A DNA stretch of 64,000 nt from Candidatus Eiseniibacteriota bacterium (GTDB taxonomy: Bacteria > Eisenbacteria > RBG-16-71-46 > JABDJR01). Where the stretch lies: contig CAVXKA010000001.1 of the NCBI GenBank assembly GCA_963762255.1, positions 1,312,001 through 1,376,000 of the forward strand, given 5' to 3'. The notes beneath the pieces were generated by a model. That model saw only the letters and a program-made list of their open reading frames with translations. It was not told the origin of the DNA and searched no databases. Positions within the stretch are counted from its first letter, which is position 1. Each line of letters starts with the position of its first letter. The position numbers and the translations under genes were made by a program. Positions 9,783 through 18,372 of the stretch are shown piece by piece.

Positions 9783-10511
9783 ATGAAGCGCGTATTCGGT
9801 GTGACCGTCATCGTGGCGTCGACGTTGGCTCTGGTCGTGGGCACGGGGTTGGCCATCCCCCCCGCATTCGCCGGCCCACCCGGCCCCTATTTGTCCGTGG
9901 TGCCGACCTTCATCACGATCGCGCCGGATGGAGGTGTTCCCGGCGACATCATCAGCATCCCGATCCAGGTTCTGGGCCCCCTCGGCGGCGTCGACGGGGC
10001 ATTCGTCACGATCGAGTTCAGCGAAGACGCCACGGCTCTGATCGCCTGGTCGGACCCGGTCCCGGTCGGCGCTGACGTTCCCGTCCAGACCTGCCCGACC
10101 CGCGTCTACGCCAAGGCTGCCAACACCAGCGGCACCGCGGTGTTCCACATCGCCGGCGGCGGCTGCGTGGTCGAGCCTGCGTACGCCGGCAACCTCTACA
10201 TTTGCGAAATCAAGGCTGACGACGTCATCCTCGCGCAGCGGGAAGTGAACTCTCCCGATGTGGTGAACGGCGACGGAGATCTTCCCACCGACGGCACCCC
10301 GCCGCTCGGCCCGGTCTGCGACGGCGGTCTGATGTCGGTCAGCCTGGCTGACGCCGTGTTCCACGCGCCGTTCTTCAAGACCGGCGCCTATAGCAAGTGC
10401 TCCGACCTGACCGCCCCCTACGGCGGCACGATCGAGCTCGGGGACGCGACCGTCGGCACCGCGTACATCAAGGCTGGGACCAGCGCGAGCTGCTTCGCCG
10501 GCTGTCCGTGA
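9783..10511 (+). CDS. Secreted Cys-rich hypothetical protein with dockerin/EF-hand-like motifs
   Basis: GGAGGT RBS; signal peptide; FHIAGGGC, SPDVVNGDG...VSLADA and SDLTAPYGGTIELGDA; host-like codon usage. Confidence 0.7.
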   Translation: MKRVFGVTVIVASTLALVVGTGLAIPPAFAGPPGPYLSVVPTFITIAPDGGVPGDIISIPIQVLGPLGGVDGAFVTIEFSEDATALIAWSDPVPVGADVPVQTCPTRVYAKAANTSGTAVFHIAGGGCVVEPAYAGNLYICEIKADDVILAQREVNSPDVVNGDGDLPTDGTPPLGPVCDGGLMSVSLADAVFHAPFFKTGAYSKCSDLTAPYGGTIELGDATVGTAYIKAGTSASCFAGCP

Positions 10512-10759
10512 CGTTCTCCCAGGATTCCCGGACAGATTACAAGTAGAGCACGGTCGTTCTCCGGCGCCCGAATGGGGTGCGTTGGCAGAGGCCGGTCCTT
10601 CACCGGGGGGAAGGAACGTCGCGGAGGCCCGGGATCGGGTATCCTGGGGTCGCCCCCTGCCAACGGCGATCACCGTGGATCCCGGCACCGAGTTCACCTC
10701 TATCAAGGATGCAGATGATGACTCGGAGTCTATTCGCCAGATGGCGACGACAACACCGC

Positions 10760-12703
10760 ATGAGCATCCGCGTGGCACTTTGGGTCATCGGATCTGCGCT
10801 GCTCCTCGGAGGGCTACCAACTGCGGCGCGGGCCCAGGAGGATGCGTGGCCGGCGGTGAATCCTGCCGATCTCGCGCGCACCGAGGGCGAGATCGAGCCC
10901 GGTGCGCAGGCCGAGATCCTCCAGAAGATGGTTCGGATCGACCACCGCACCAGTACGATCGCCATATGGTCGTACCGCTCGTTCTTCATCCGCGTCAAGG
11001 TCTACACCCGCGCGGGCGTCGAGGCGTTTGAGTCGATCGAACTGCCGTTCAGCGACGACGTGAAAGTCGAGGCAGTGCAGGCGCGTGTCGTGCACCCCGA
11101 TCTGACAGCGGTGGACGTCGCCGCGGACGCGATCTTCGACCGAGAGGTAGTGAGGAAGGGTAGCAGGACCGCGAGTCTCAAGGTCGTAGTGGTCCCGGCG
11201 CTTCAACCGGGCGACATCGTCGACTACCGTTGGCGGGAAATCGACTCGCTGCCGAACGGGGTCTTTGAAATTCTCCCCTTCTATGCCGGGCATCCCATCC
11301 GTGATCTCCGATACGAGGTGAAGGGGATGGCATTTCAGGGGGCGCCCCCCCTCTGGTGGGAGGCGGTGAACATGGAGTCTCCGCCGCGGGAGGTGATCAC
11401 GGGGGGGGTGACCGTGTTTCGGGGCTCCCGCCTTGCCGCCGTCCTGGACGAGCCCCTCATGCCTCCGGCGACTTCCCTCGCTCCTTGGCTGTTTGTTTAC
11501 TATGCAGATCAGCCGGGTCTGGGAATGGCGAAGCGGTGGGATGACCACGCCCGAGAGCTTTACGACAACTTCGACCGGAAGCTGAATGGCGAGCAATTGG
11601 AGGAGACGGCCCGCGAGGTAGCGGCGGGAGCCACCGATTCGCGGGAGGTTCTGGCCCGACTTCACGCATACTGCCGCCGGCGGATTCGGAATCTGGACGA
11701 GGAGTCGGGGAACTCGGACCCGCCCCTCGGCTGGAAGCTGCGAAAGCCGGCGGAGATCCTGAAAAGCGGCAAAGGGACGAGGCAGGAAATCCGGTTCGTG
11801 TTCGCGGAACTGGCCCGTTCACTAGGCTTTGAGCCTCATCTGGCCGCGTTGTCGAGCCGGAAGCGGTACCTGCTGGGGCGGGATTTCGGTTGGCCCGGGC
11901 TCTTGGAGGGCTTCGCGGTGGCGGTGTCCCTCCCCGACGGGTGGGTGTTCACCGATCCGGGAAACCCGCTGTTGCCGCCCCTGACTCTCCCTTGGTGGAA
12001 CGAAGGGGCCGCGGCTCTCGTGGCCGGATCCGAAGGGGGGAGATTCTTGGAGCCGTCTCAGCGGACGGCGGCCGAGAACCGCGGGGTGAGCCGGTTGGAC
12101 GTGGAGCTCAAGCCGGACGGGAGCCTCGCCGGGGTGCTCGTGACGGAGCTTCACGGGCAGATGTCCTTGACCTGGATGCTCGACCATGGCCCCGACCGCG
12201 AGAGCGTCGAGAGTGCATTCGGCGCGCGGATCGAGAAGCTGTCTCCCGGCGTCGTAGTCCGGTCCCTGAGGTGTGAGCCATGGCCCACGGACACGCTCCG
12301 GGTTCGCGCGTCCCTGGAATGGCCCGCCGGCGCCCGGACGGTTGGGAACACCGTTCTTCTCACGCCATTGCTCGTCAACCAGGATCGCGAAGAACTCTTC
12401 CCCGCGGCGGAGCGCAGGTATCCGATCGTGTTTCCCTACGCCGTTGACTCGGTTGACAGCGTTTTCATTCGTCTGCCGGACGGGTACGCTCCGGTATCGC
12501 CGGATACGACAGAGGCGTTTGGCTTGGGCCCGGTGGGATCCTACTCGACGCGGATCGTCACGAACGAGGCCGGTTTGCTCGCGGTTCGGGAGTTCACCTT
12601 GCGGTCGACGCGATTCGAGACTGCCGGGTATCCGGCACTTCGTGACTTCCTCGGGAGGATTCGTGACTTGGACGGCATGCAGGTCGTTCTCCGGCGTCCG
12701 TAG
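10760..12703 (+). CDS. DUF3857 / transglutaminase-like domain protein (catalytic Cys apparently absent)
   Basis: Signal peptide; FIRVKVYTRAG, PALQPGDIVDY, DEPLMPP, ERRYPIVF; C-terminal YPALRDF; GKGTRQE where GDC is expected. Confidence 0.8.
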   Translation: MSIRVALWVIGSALLLGGLPTAARAQEDAWPAVNPADLARTEGEIEPGAQAEILQKMVRIDHRTSTIAIWSYRSFFIRVKVYTRAGVEAFESIELPFSDDVKVEAVQARVVHPDLTAVDVAADAIFDREVVRKGSRTASLKVVVVPALQPGDIVDYRWREIDSLPNGVFEILPFYAGHPIRDLRYEVKGMAFQGAPPLWWEAVNMESPPREVITGGVTVFRGSRLAAVLDEPLMPPATSLAPWLFVYYADQPGLGMAKRWDDHARELYDNFDRKLNGEQLEETAREVAAGATDSREVLARLHAYCRRRIRNLDEESGNSDPPLGWKLRKPAEILKSGKGTRQEIRFVFAELARSLGFEPHLAALSSRKRYLLGRDFGWPGLLEGFAVAVSLPDGWVFTDPGNPLLPPLTLPWWNEGAAALVAGSEGGRFLEPSQRTAAENRGVSRLDVELKPDGSLAGVLVTELHGQMSLTWMLDHGPDRESVESAFGARIEKLSPGVVVRSLRCEPWPTDTLRVRASLEWPAGARTVGNTVLLTPLLVNQDREELFPAAERRYPIVFPYAVDSVDSVFIRLPDGYAPVSPDTTEAFGLGPVGSYSTRIVTNEAGLLAVREFTLRSTRFETAGYPALRDFLGRIRDLDGMQVVLRRP

Positions 12704-14605
12704 CGGGCTGGGGCCGGCCGTCGCTCTTCTACTCTTGCTTCCGAGTCCCTTGGCAGCGGCTCCCAGATGGGTGCGCGAGGCGATTTCCATGCCGAGCACC
12801 TCCCCCGACTCCGCTGCGGCGCGGGTCCGGTGGGACTCTCGCGAGCTGGAGTTCCGGGGTGGTGGGCTGTGGCGGGAGTGGCACCGTCGAGTGGTGGAGA
12901 TCCGGGATCCGGAAACCGCTCCGGCCGCGGCCAGGGCGATTGTGTCCTACCGCACCGACTCGATGCATCTGCGCGAATTCCGCGCTTGGCTCGTCGGTCC
13001 GGACGGACGCGAGACACCGATCGGGAACGACGAAGCTATTGAAGTCGCCATCCTGGACGAGACGATATTCAACGAGGGGCGGCGCCGTGTTCTGACGCCC
13101 ACTGGCGCGGTCCAACCCGGCTCCTTCTTCGCGTGGGAATCCCGGGTGGAGGAGCGGACTCCGTTCCAGGAGTACGGCGTTGTGGTCAGCGCGGAGTATC
13201 CGGTCGAGGAGTGCACGGTCTCGCTCCGAACTCGAAGGGATGACGTAGTCAGGTACTGGACGCGGGGCGTTGCGCCGGATAGATCGAGCGACGGATCGGG
13301 AGAGCATCGGTGGAGCTATAGACGCTTGCGGGGCGATTCGACCGCGGGGAAGGACGCTGCCCCGGTTACCGAGTTGATGGTGAAAGTGGTGCCCCCCGAG
13401 ACCGGCCCGGTCCCGGTGCTGAGTTCCTGGGTGGATGTGGCGCGGTGGCTTGCCGAGATCGCCGAGTCGTCCCCGGTGGATACTGCCGTGATCGCGGGAG
13501 CGGCCCGAGAAGCGGTGCGGGATGCCGTGTCTCTCGACGATTCGCTCCGAGCGCTGGCCGACCTGACGCAGTCCGTGCGCTACGTCTCGATTGCGATGGG
13601 AATAGGGAGTGGAGGAGGATACCGGCCCAGGCCAGCCGCGCGAGTGCTTACCACGCGTTACGGCGACTGCAAGGACAAGTCCAACCTCATGCGGGCGCTG
13701 CTCTCGAGCCTCGGGATCGAATCGCACCTCATGGTACTGAACGCTGAAGCGTCGTGGCCGGTCCCCCTGGAGTGGCCGTCCCCTCTCCACTTCAATCACT
13801 GCATTCTCGCCATCTGCGCGAACGGATTCTCTTATTCCAACGCCGTCGCTACTCACCCCCGCCTGGGACGGTTGTTGCTGTTCGACCCCACCGACGAGTT
13901 TCTGGCCCTGGGGTACCTACCGGCGGTCGATCAGGGAAGCTGGGGGCTTCTCGTGGGCCCGGACTCCGAGCCGCTCGTTTGGACACCGGTCATCTCCGCG
14001 GATGGTGTCCTCGTGGACCGGCTCGTCCGGATGAACGTGGGCGCCGAAGGAGCGATCCGCGGTCGCCTGATCGAGACCGTGACCGGTATCGTGGAAGCGC
14101 GGTACCGTGCGGCGAGCCGTTCGGACCCCGCAACGCTCAACCGGAACGTGGCGGAAGCTCTGGCGAAGGCGGAGCCGGTTTCCGTCGTCCTCGATGGACG
14201 GGGGGAACGCGAATCGAGGCCGATCTCGCCGCCAGCGGTGGGATCGAGCACCTGCCCGGAGGGCTGCTGCTCGTCACGCCGGCTCGGTTCTTCTCAACCC
14301 TCCCCGACCCCGCAGGGATGGACCAGCGGGCCGCGACCCAGGGAGGGGAGTGGAGGGAACGCCTGGTGCTTCGGTCGGGCCCGGGACTCGCCGTGGATGC
14401 AATCCCCGACCCGGTCACCATGGAGGGTTCGACCGGGAAATTTGAGCAGATAGCTATTGCAGGAGGAGATTCCGTGGTCGTCGAGCGTATATTCCGCGTG
14501 GAAACGGTGGCCGGGCCGAATCGCCCGGACCCGGAGGAATTGGTGCGGCTTGGTGAGGCGATCCATGAGGCCGCCCGAGCAGGCATTCTGCTTCGCAGGA
14601 ACTGA
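12663..14605 (+). CDS. DUF3857 / transglutaminase-like domain protein (frameshift near 14200)
   Basis: APRWV start of the mature region, VRYVSIAMGIG..GYRP, RYGDCKDK, FNHCI, LFDPT (Cys-His-Asp triad). Continues in the 13754..14605 frame after a G-run near 14200. Start codon uncertain. Confidence 0.8.
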
Positions 14606-14675
14606 GTCGGCTCGCATTGGCACAGTGAACCTGTGCTGGAGTTGGCCCTTCTGGGTCCACCTCCCCAACGCCGCT

Positions 14676-14772
14676 CCAGCAAACTCTTTGCTATCAATAG
14701 GTTTAAGGCGCGCTTCCCCGGGGTGGAGTCCTGCGACTCTCACGGGTCACAAGTGTGCCTACTCGAAACACC
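14676..14772. repeat. Dispersed ~95-bp intergenic repeat, copy 1 (IHF-like arm + REP-like hairpin)
   Basis: GCAAACTCTTTGCTATCAATAGGTTTAAGGCGCGCTTCCCCGGGGTGGAGTCCTGCGACTCTCACGGGTCACAAGTGTGCCTACTCGAAAC aligns by eye with 16227-16324 and 17228-17320. Confidence 0.85.
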
Positions 14773-14774
14773 CG

Positions 14775-16052
14775 TCATTCGCTTGCCGACCGCACCGAGG
14801 TGGCGCGTCCTACCGAGCCATAGATGCACTTGTCTCCGGTCGCAGGATAGCCGAAGCGTATGTCAGGCCGGAAAGGCTCCGGGAAGCAGGGGTGACCTTC
14901 GATGCTCCAGCCGGAATAGAACAGCACGAGTTCGCTGTCCTCCACGACGACGGTCGGTGCCATCATGCCCCACTTGTCAAAACTCGCCTCCGGACTCAGG
15001 AGGACATCCGGGCCCGACCAATCGACGCCATTGGCCGACCAGAACAAGTTGATCTTCTCGTTCTGGTGGAATTCCCCGCCCTCCTTCTCCAGCGTGGTGG
15101 AGAAGACATGGTACGCGCCATCGAAGTACTTGACTTCCGTGATGTTGGCATCGGGAAGGATGTAGCCGCCTGACTTCGCTACGACCTGGAGATCCGGGCG
15201 GAACACCGCCTTGGCCATTCCGACCGATTGAATCGACTGTCCGGGTGCATCCGCGCTCTGATCGGGAAGTGCGAAGGCGACGCCGACGTAGAACAACTCC
15301 AACAGTCCGTCTCTGATGACCACGCTCGGTTCCTGCGTGTTGTTGTCGAAAGATGTCACAGTGAGGTTGTACGAGATCAAAGGCTCCGCCCGCCCCGTGA
15401 AGACAGCCCCGTCCGTCAGCAGCCGCTCACGGATCGACTTGCCCTTCAGGTCCAGCGTGGCGACACCAATCTGATACCGATGTGGAAGAGGCTGGCCCTG
15501 GTACTCGCCCCATGCTGAGTAGAAGAGATACAGCGTGTCGCCAAGGACCGCGACGTGTGCGGTCTCAACGTCTCCCCGATTCCATGGCTCAGAACCCCGC
15601 AGCAGTACAGGGCTGCCTCGGAACTCCCAGTTGTATCCGCCGTCGGACGAGAAGGCGTAGCCGATGCCGGCAGGCGCATCGATGATGTTGCAGGCGGCTA
15701 GATTCCCGGCGTCCCAGGAGTAGTAGTAATTCCCATTGGCCTTGCAGAAATACGTGGTGTAGAAGAGGTGGTAGCCTTCCGCGTCCTTCACCACGGCCGG
15801 GTCAGCGGGGAAGATGGGCCACCCTGCCGTGCCTGAACTCACGACGGGCCGATCGGCGGGGTCCCTCCCGAATGTGAAATGCGGTCCCTGCGGATTCCCG
15901 TCCGGAGGTCCAATCTTCTTGTCCCGAGCGCATGCCGGTGCGCAGGGGACCAGGAGCACCAGAGCGACCAGGGCCAGGAGCCTCCGCACGATCACCGAGG
16001 GCTTCCTCGGGTGGCGGCAAGGCAGGGGGCGATCGACCTTCCGACCAGTCAT
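14775..16052 (-). CDS. Secreted five-bladed beta-propeller glycoside-hydrolase-like protein (GH43/GH32/GH130-like fold)
   Basis: Signal-like segment; ADPAVV..YHLFYT, GYAFSSDGGYNW, EPSVV...LELFY, WSANGVDW, APTVV...LFYSG blade motifs. Confidence 0.7.
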   Translation of the reverse strand: MTGRKVDRPLPCRHPRKPSVIVRRLLALVALVLLVPCAPACARDKKIGPPDGNPQGPHFTFGRDPADRPVVSSGTAGWPIFPADPAVVKDAEGYHLFYTTYFCKANGNYYYSWDAGNLAACNIIDAPAGIGYAFSSDGGYNWEFRGSPVLLRGSEPWNRGDVETAHVAVLGDTLYLFYSAWGEYQGQPLPHRYQIGVATLDLKGKSIRERLLTDGAVFTGRAEPLISYNLTVTSFDNNTQEPSVVIRDGLLELFYVGVAFALPDQSADAPGQSIQSVGMAKAVFRPDLQVVAKSGGYILPDANITEVKYFDGAYHVFSTTLEKEGGEFHQNEKINLFWSANGVDWSGPDVLLSPEASFDKWGMMAPTVVVEDSELVLFYSGWSIEGHPCFPEPFRPDIRFGYPATGDKCIYGSVGRATSVRSASE

Positions 16053-16130
16053 TGTCCAGACCTCCGCGGTTTCGAGAGGTGCCACAAGCCGCCGAAGAGC
16101 TCAAGGTGTTCGCTCCGGGGCTCGTTGATT

Positions 16131-16153
16131 TGACCCCTTGGGAGGACTCCAGG
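16131..16153. repeat. Inverted, partially deleted copy of the REP-like hairpin
   Basis: TGACCCCTTGGGAGGACTCCAGG resembles the reverse complement of the repeat's right part (TGACCCGTGGGAGTCGCAGGACTCCAC). Confidence 0.55.
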
Positions 16154-16226
16154 TTGCGCGTCAGTCCATGGGTAGGTGGAGCTGATCCCAGACGCTCGGC
16201 TCGCCGGCCCAACCCTGAACGATTGC

Positions 16227-16324
16227 CCCCGCTAACCTTTTGCCATCAATAGGTTTGAGGCGTGTTTCCCCGGCCTCGAGTCCTGCGCTTCCCACGGGTG
16301 ACAATGGTGCCAACTCGAAAACGC
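16227..16324. repeat. Dispersed ~95-bp intergenic repeat, copy 2
   Basis: GCTAACCTTTTGCCATCAATAGGTTTGAGGCGTGTTTCCCCGGCCTCGAGTCCTGCGCTTCCCACGGGTGACAATGGTGCCAACTCGAAAAC. Confidence 0.85.
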
Positions 16325-16543
16325 GGCCTCTCCGCTTCGGATCTCTCAACTGTAGGACGAAGCCGCCAAGCGTGGCGCTGCATCATCGTTTGGGGAGGCA
16401 GTCCAGATTGGGTCTCATCGAGGGACCCAGCGGCGGCACTCTCCAACCACCCGGCGGCGACTTCAAAGCAATTGCAGATCGGGTGAATCGTCCACTAGCC
16501 TTGTGCCACCGCGTGCCGCCAACTACACAGGGAGGGGTGGGTG

Positions 16544-17179
16544 ATGGAATCGCATGCATCCGTGGTTGTCTTCCTTCTGGTGGTCGTCCTCTGTATGGTC
16601 GGCATCTCGGGCGCATCGGCCGCCGTGTTCACGATCCCCCCGGTCGCCGACGCCACCATTCAGCAACATGCTGGAGTGGACACGCTCGTTCAGACCGACG
16701 ATGTCTTTCTCCAGGCATTGGGAGTCGGGTCGTTCGACTGGCGAGCAGCCCTGGAGTTCCCGCTGGACGCGATCCCGACGGGTAGCACGATCACGTCGGC
16801 CGGGCTCAGGCTTCGCGTGGCGATGAGCATGGGGGACCCGGGAAACATCGCGAACTTTGAGCTGCACGGCTACCCGGGGGACGGCCTCATCACGGTGGGC
16901 GATGCCCAGAACGACACTCACTTCCTGCACGCCTTCTCGGATACCATAGTCTCCTTCACGGATCGCACCATTGATGTGACCACATTCATCCAGGAGCGCA
17001 TCACATCCGGAGGGTCCTACGTCGGATTCCTGGTCAAGACGGTTCCCGGCAGCATGGGAGGGGACGGCTTCGCCAGCATGGAGCATGAGAACGCGGACTG
17101 GCGCCCATACCTTCAGGTGGTGACCACCGCCGTGGCGGTCGACAAGTCGACTTGGGGGCGGCTCAAGACGCTCTATTAG
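16544..17179 (+). CDS. Secreted DNRLRE/CBM96-like beta-sandwich protein with C-terminal TWGRLK tail
   Basis: Signal peptide; PVADATI, RAALEFPLDAIPTGSTITSAGLRL, IDVT, FASME...RPYLQV; ends VDKSTWGRLKTLY. Confidence 0.75.
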   Translation: MESHASVVVFLLVVVLCMVGISGASAAVFTIPPVADATIQQHAGVDTLVQTDDVFLQALGVGSFDWRAALEFPLDAIPTGSTITSAGLRLRVAMSMGDPGNIANFELHGYPGDGLITVGDAQNDTHFLHAFSDTIVSFTDRTIDVTTFIQERITSGGSYVGFLVKTVPGSMGGDGFASMEHENADWRPYLQVVTTAVAVDKSTWGRLKTLY

Positions 17180-17227
17180 CCGTTGAGCGGGGTCCCGGAT
17201 TCCCACGGGGGCTGGCCCGGAGGTGGG

Positions 17228-17320
17228 TCCGCAAGCCTTCTGCTATCAATGATTTTGGGGCGCGTCCCAATGGGGTGGAGTCCTGCGACTCCCACGGTCA
17301 ACCTTCGTGCCCCTTTCGGC
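17228..17320. repeat. Dispersed ~95-bp intergenic repeat, copy 3
   Basis: GCAAGCCTTCTGCTATCAATGATTTTGGGGCGCGTCCCAATGGGGTGGAGTCCTGCGACTCCCACGGTCAACCTTCGTGCC; a further degenerate hairpin lies at ~17188-17210. Confidence 0.8.
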
Positions 17321-17378
17321 GCTGGCCGCCCATCGCAACCTGATCTCGCGCTCTGCACTCCAAGACACTGGGGCCGCC

Positions 17379-17405
17379 GCAACCCTTCGGCCCTTCGTGG
17401 CGTAA
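17379..17405 (+). promoter_or_regulatory. Candidate ECF-sigma promoter (GCAAC-N17-CGTAA)
   Basis: AAC at 17381 and CGTA at 17401, ~35 nt upstream of the ABC ATPase start; matches the generic ECF AAC/CGT pattern. Confidence 0.4.
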
Positions 17406-17439
17406 GCTCCAGGGTCCCACCACCTCAGGAGGAGGCCGC

Positions 17440-18372
17440 ATGCTGATCATCCGTGACCTCGTGAAGGTCTACCCCGGTCCCGTCGTCGCCCTTCAGGATG
17501 TGAACCTCGAGATCCCGCCGGGCATGTTCGGGCTGCTCGGACCGAACGGCGCCGGCAAGACCACGCTCATGCGCATCCTCGCCGGGCTCCTTGAGCCCAC
17601 TTCCGGCGACGTGACCCTCGACGGCGAGAACATCCTCACCAAGCCTGAACGACTGTGGGCGCGACTCGGCTACCTCCCGCAGGATTTCGGCTTCTACCCG
17701 CATCTCTCCGGCGAAGCCATGCTGACCTACCTGCTCGATCTCAAGGGCGTAGAAGCGCCGGGTGGGACGAAGGCGCTCGCGAAGCGGCTCCTCGAGCGCG
17801 TGAACCTCGCCTTCGCGGCCAAGCGCAAGGTGAAGTCGTACTCGGGCGGCATGCGACAGCGGCTCGGCATCGCCCAGGCCATCGCCGGCGACCCGCGCCT
17901 CATCATCGTCGACGAGCCGACCGCGGGCCTCGACCCCGAAGAGCGCCATCGCTTCTATCGGATCCTGGCCGAGCTGGCCGAGCATCGCACCGTGCTTCTC
18001 TCCACCCACATCGTCGAGGACGTGGCCGTCCTCTGCCCCCGATTCGCGGTGATCCGACAGGGGCGCTTGATCGCGCGCACGTCGCCCACCGAGGCGCGGG
18101 CCGCTATCGATGGGAAGATCTTCGAGGGGCGCATAGATCCTTCCGACATGGATCGCGTGAGCCGCGAGCACACCGTGACCCAGGCGGTGCTGGTCGAGGG
18201 GAAGAACCGTGTGCGTATCCACTCCGCGAGCGGCGCGGCGCCCGCCGGTTTCGAGCCGGTGACGGCCACGCTCGAGGACGCCTACCTCGTGCTCATGCGC
18301 ACCGAGGCCGCCGAGCAGTCCCGCCTCGACGCGGCGGCCTCCCGCCCGGTGGGCGCCGGTATCGCGCGATGA
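17440..18372 (+). CDS. ABC transporter ATP-binding protein
   Basis: [33 protein letters not shown]; AGGAGG RBS. Confidence 0.95.
   Translation: MLIIRDLVKVYPGPVVALQDVNLEIPPGMFGLLGPNGAGKTTLMRILAGLLEPTSGDVTLDGENILTKPERLWARLGYLPQDFGFYPHLSGEAMLTYLLDLKGVEAPGGTKALAKRLLERVNLAFAAKRKVKSYSGGMRQRLGIAQAIAGDPRLIIVDEPTAGLDPEERHRFYRILAELAEHRTVLLSTHIVEDVAVLCPRFAVIRQGRLIARTSPTEARAAIDGKIFEGRIDPSDMDRVSREHTVTQAVLVEGKNRVRIHSASGAAPAGFEPVTATLEDAYLVLMRTEAAEQSRLDAAASRPVGAGIAR

Noticed and set aside
10580-10665. Inverted repeat CGTTGGCAG...CTGCCAACG upstream of the DUF3857 pair
   Set aside because: A short 9-bp arm with a long spacer in a single copy; not recognisable as a riboswitch or IS end.
14676-17320. Repeats as a CRISPR array or integron attC sites
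   Set aside because: The units are ~95 bp, degenerate and separated by ~0.9-1.5 kb genes. There are no cas or intI genes, no RYYYAAC...GTTRRRY cores, and the bracketed genes point in opposite directions.
17655-18368. N-terminal ~240 aa of the 1468-aa ORF
   Set aside because: An out-of-frame overlap with the ABC ATPase. The real start is ATG 18369 at the ATGA junction.
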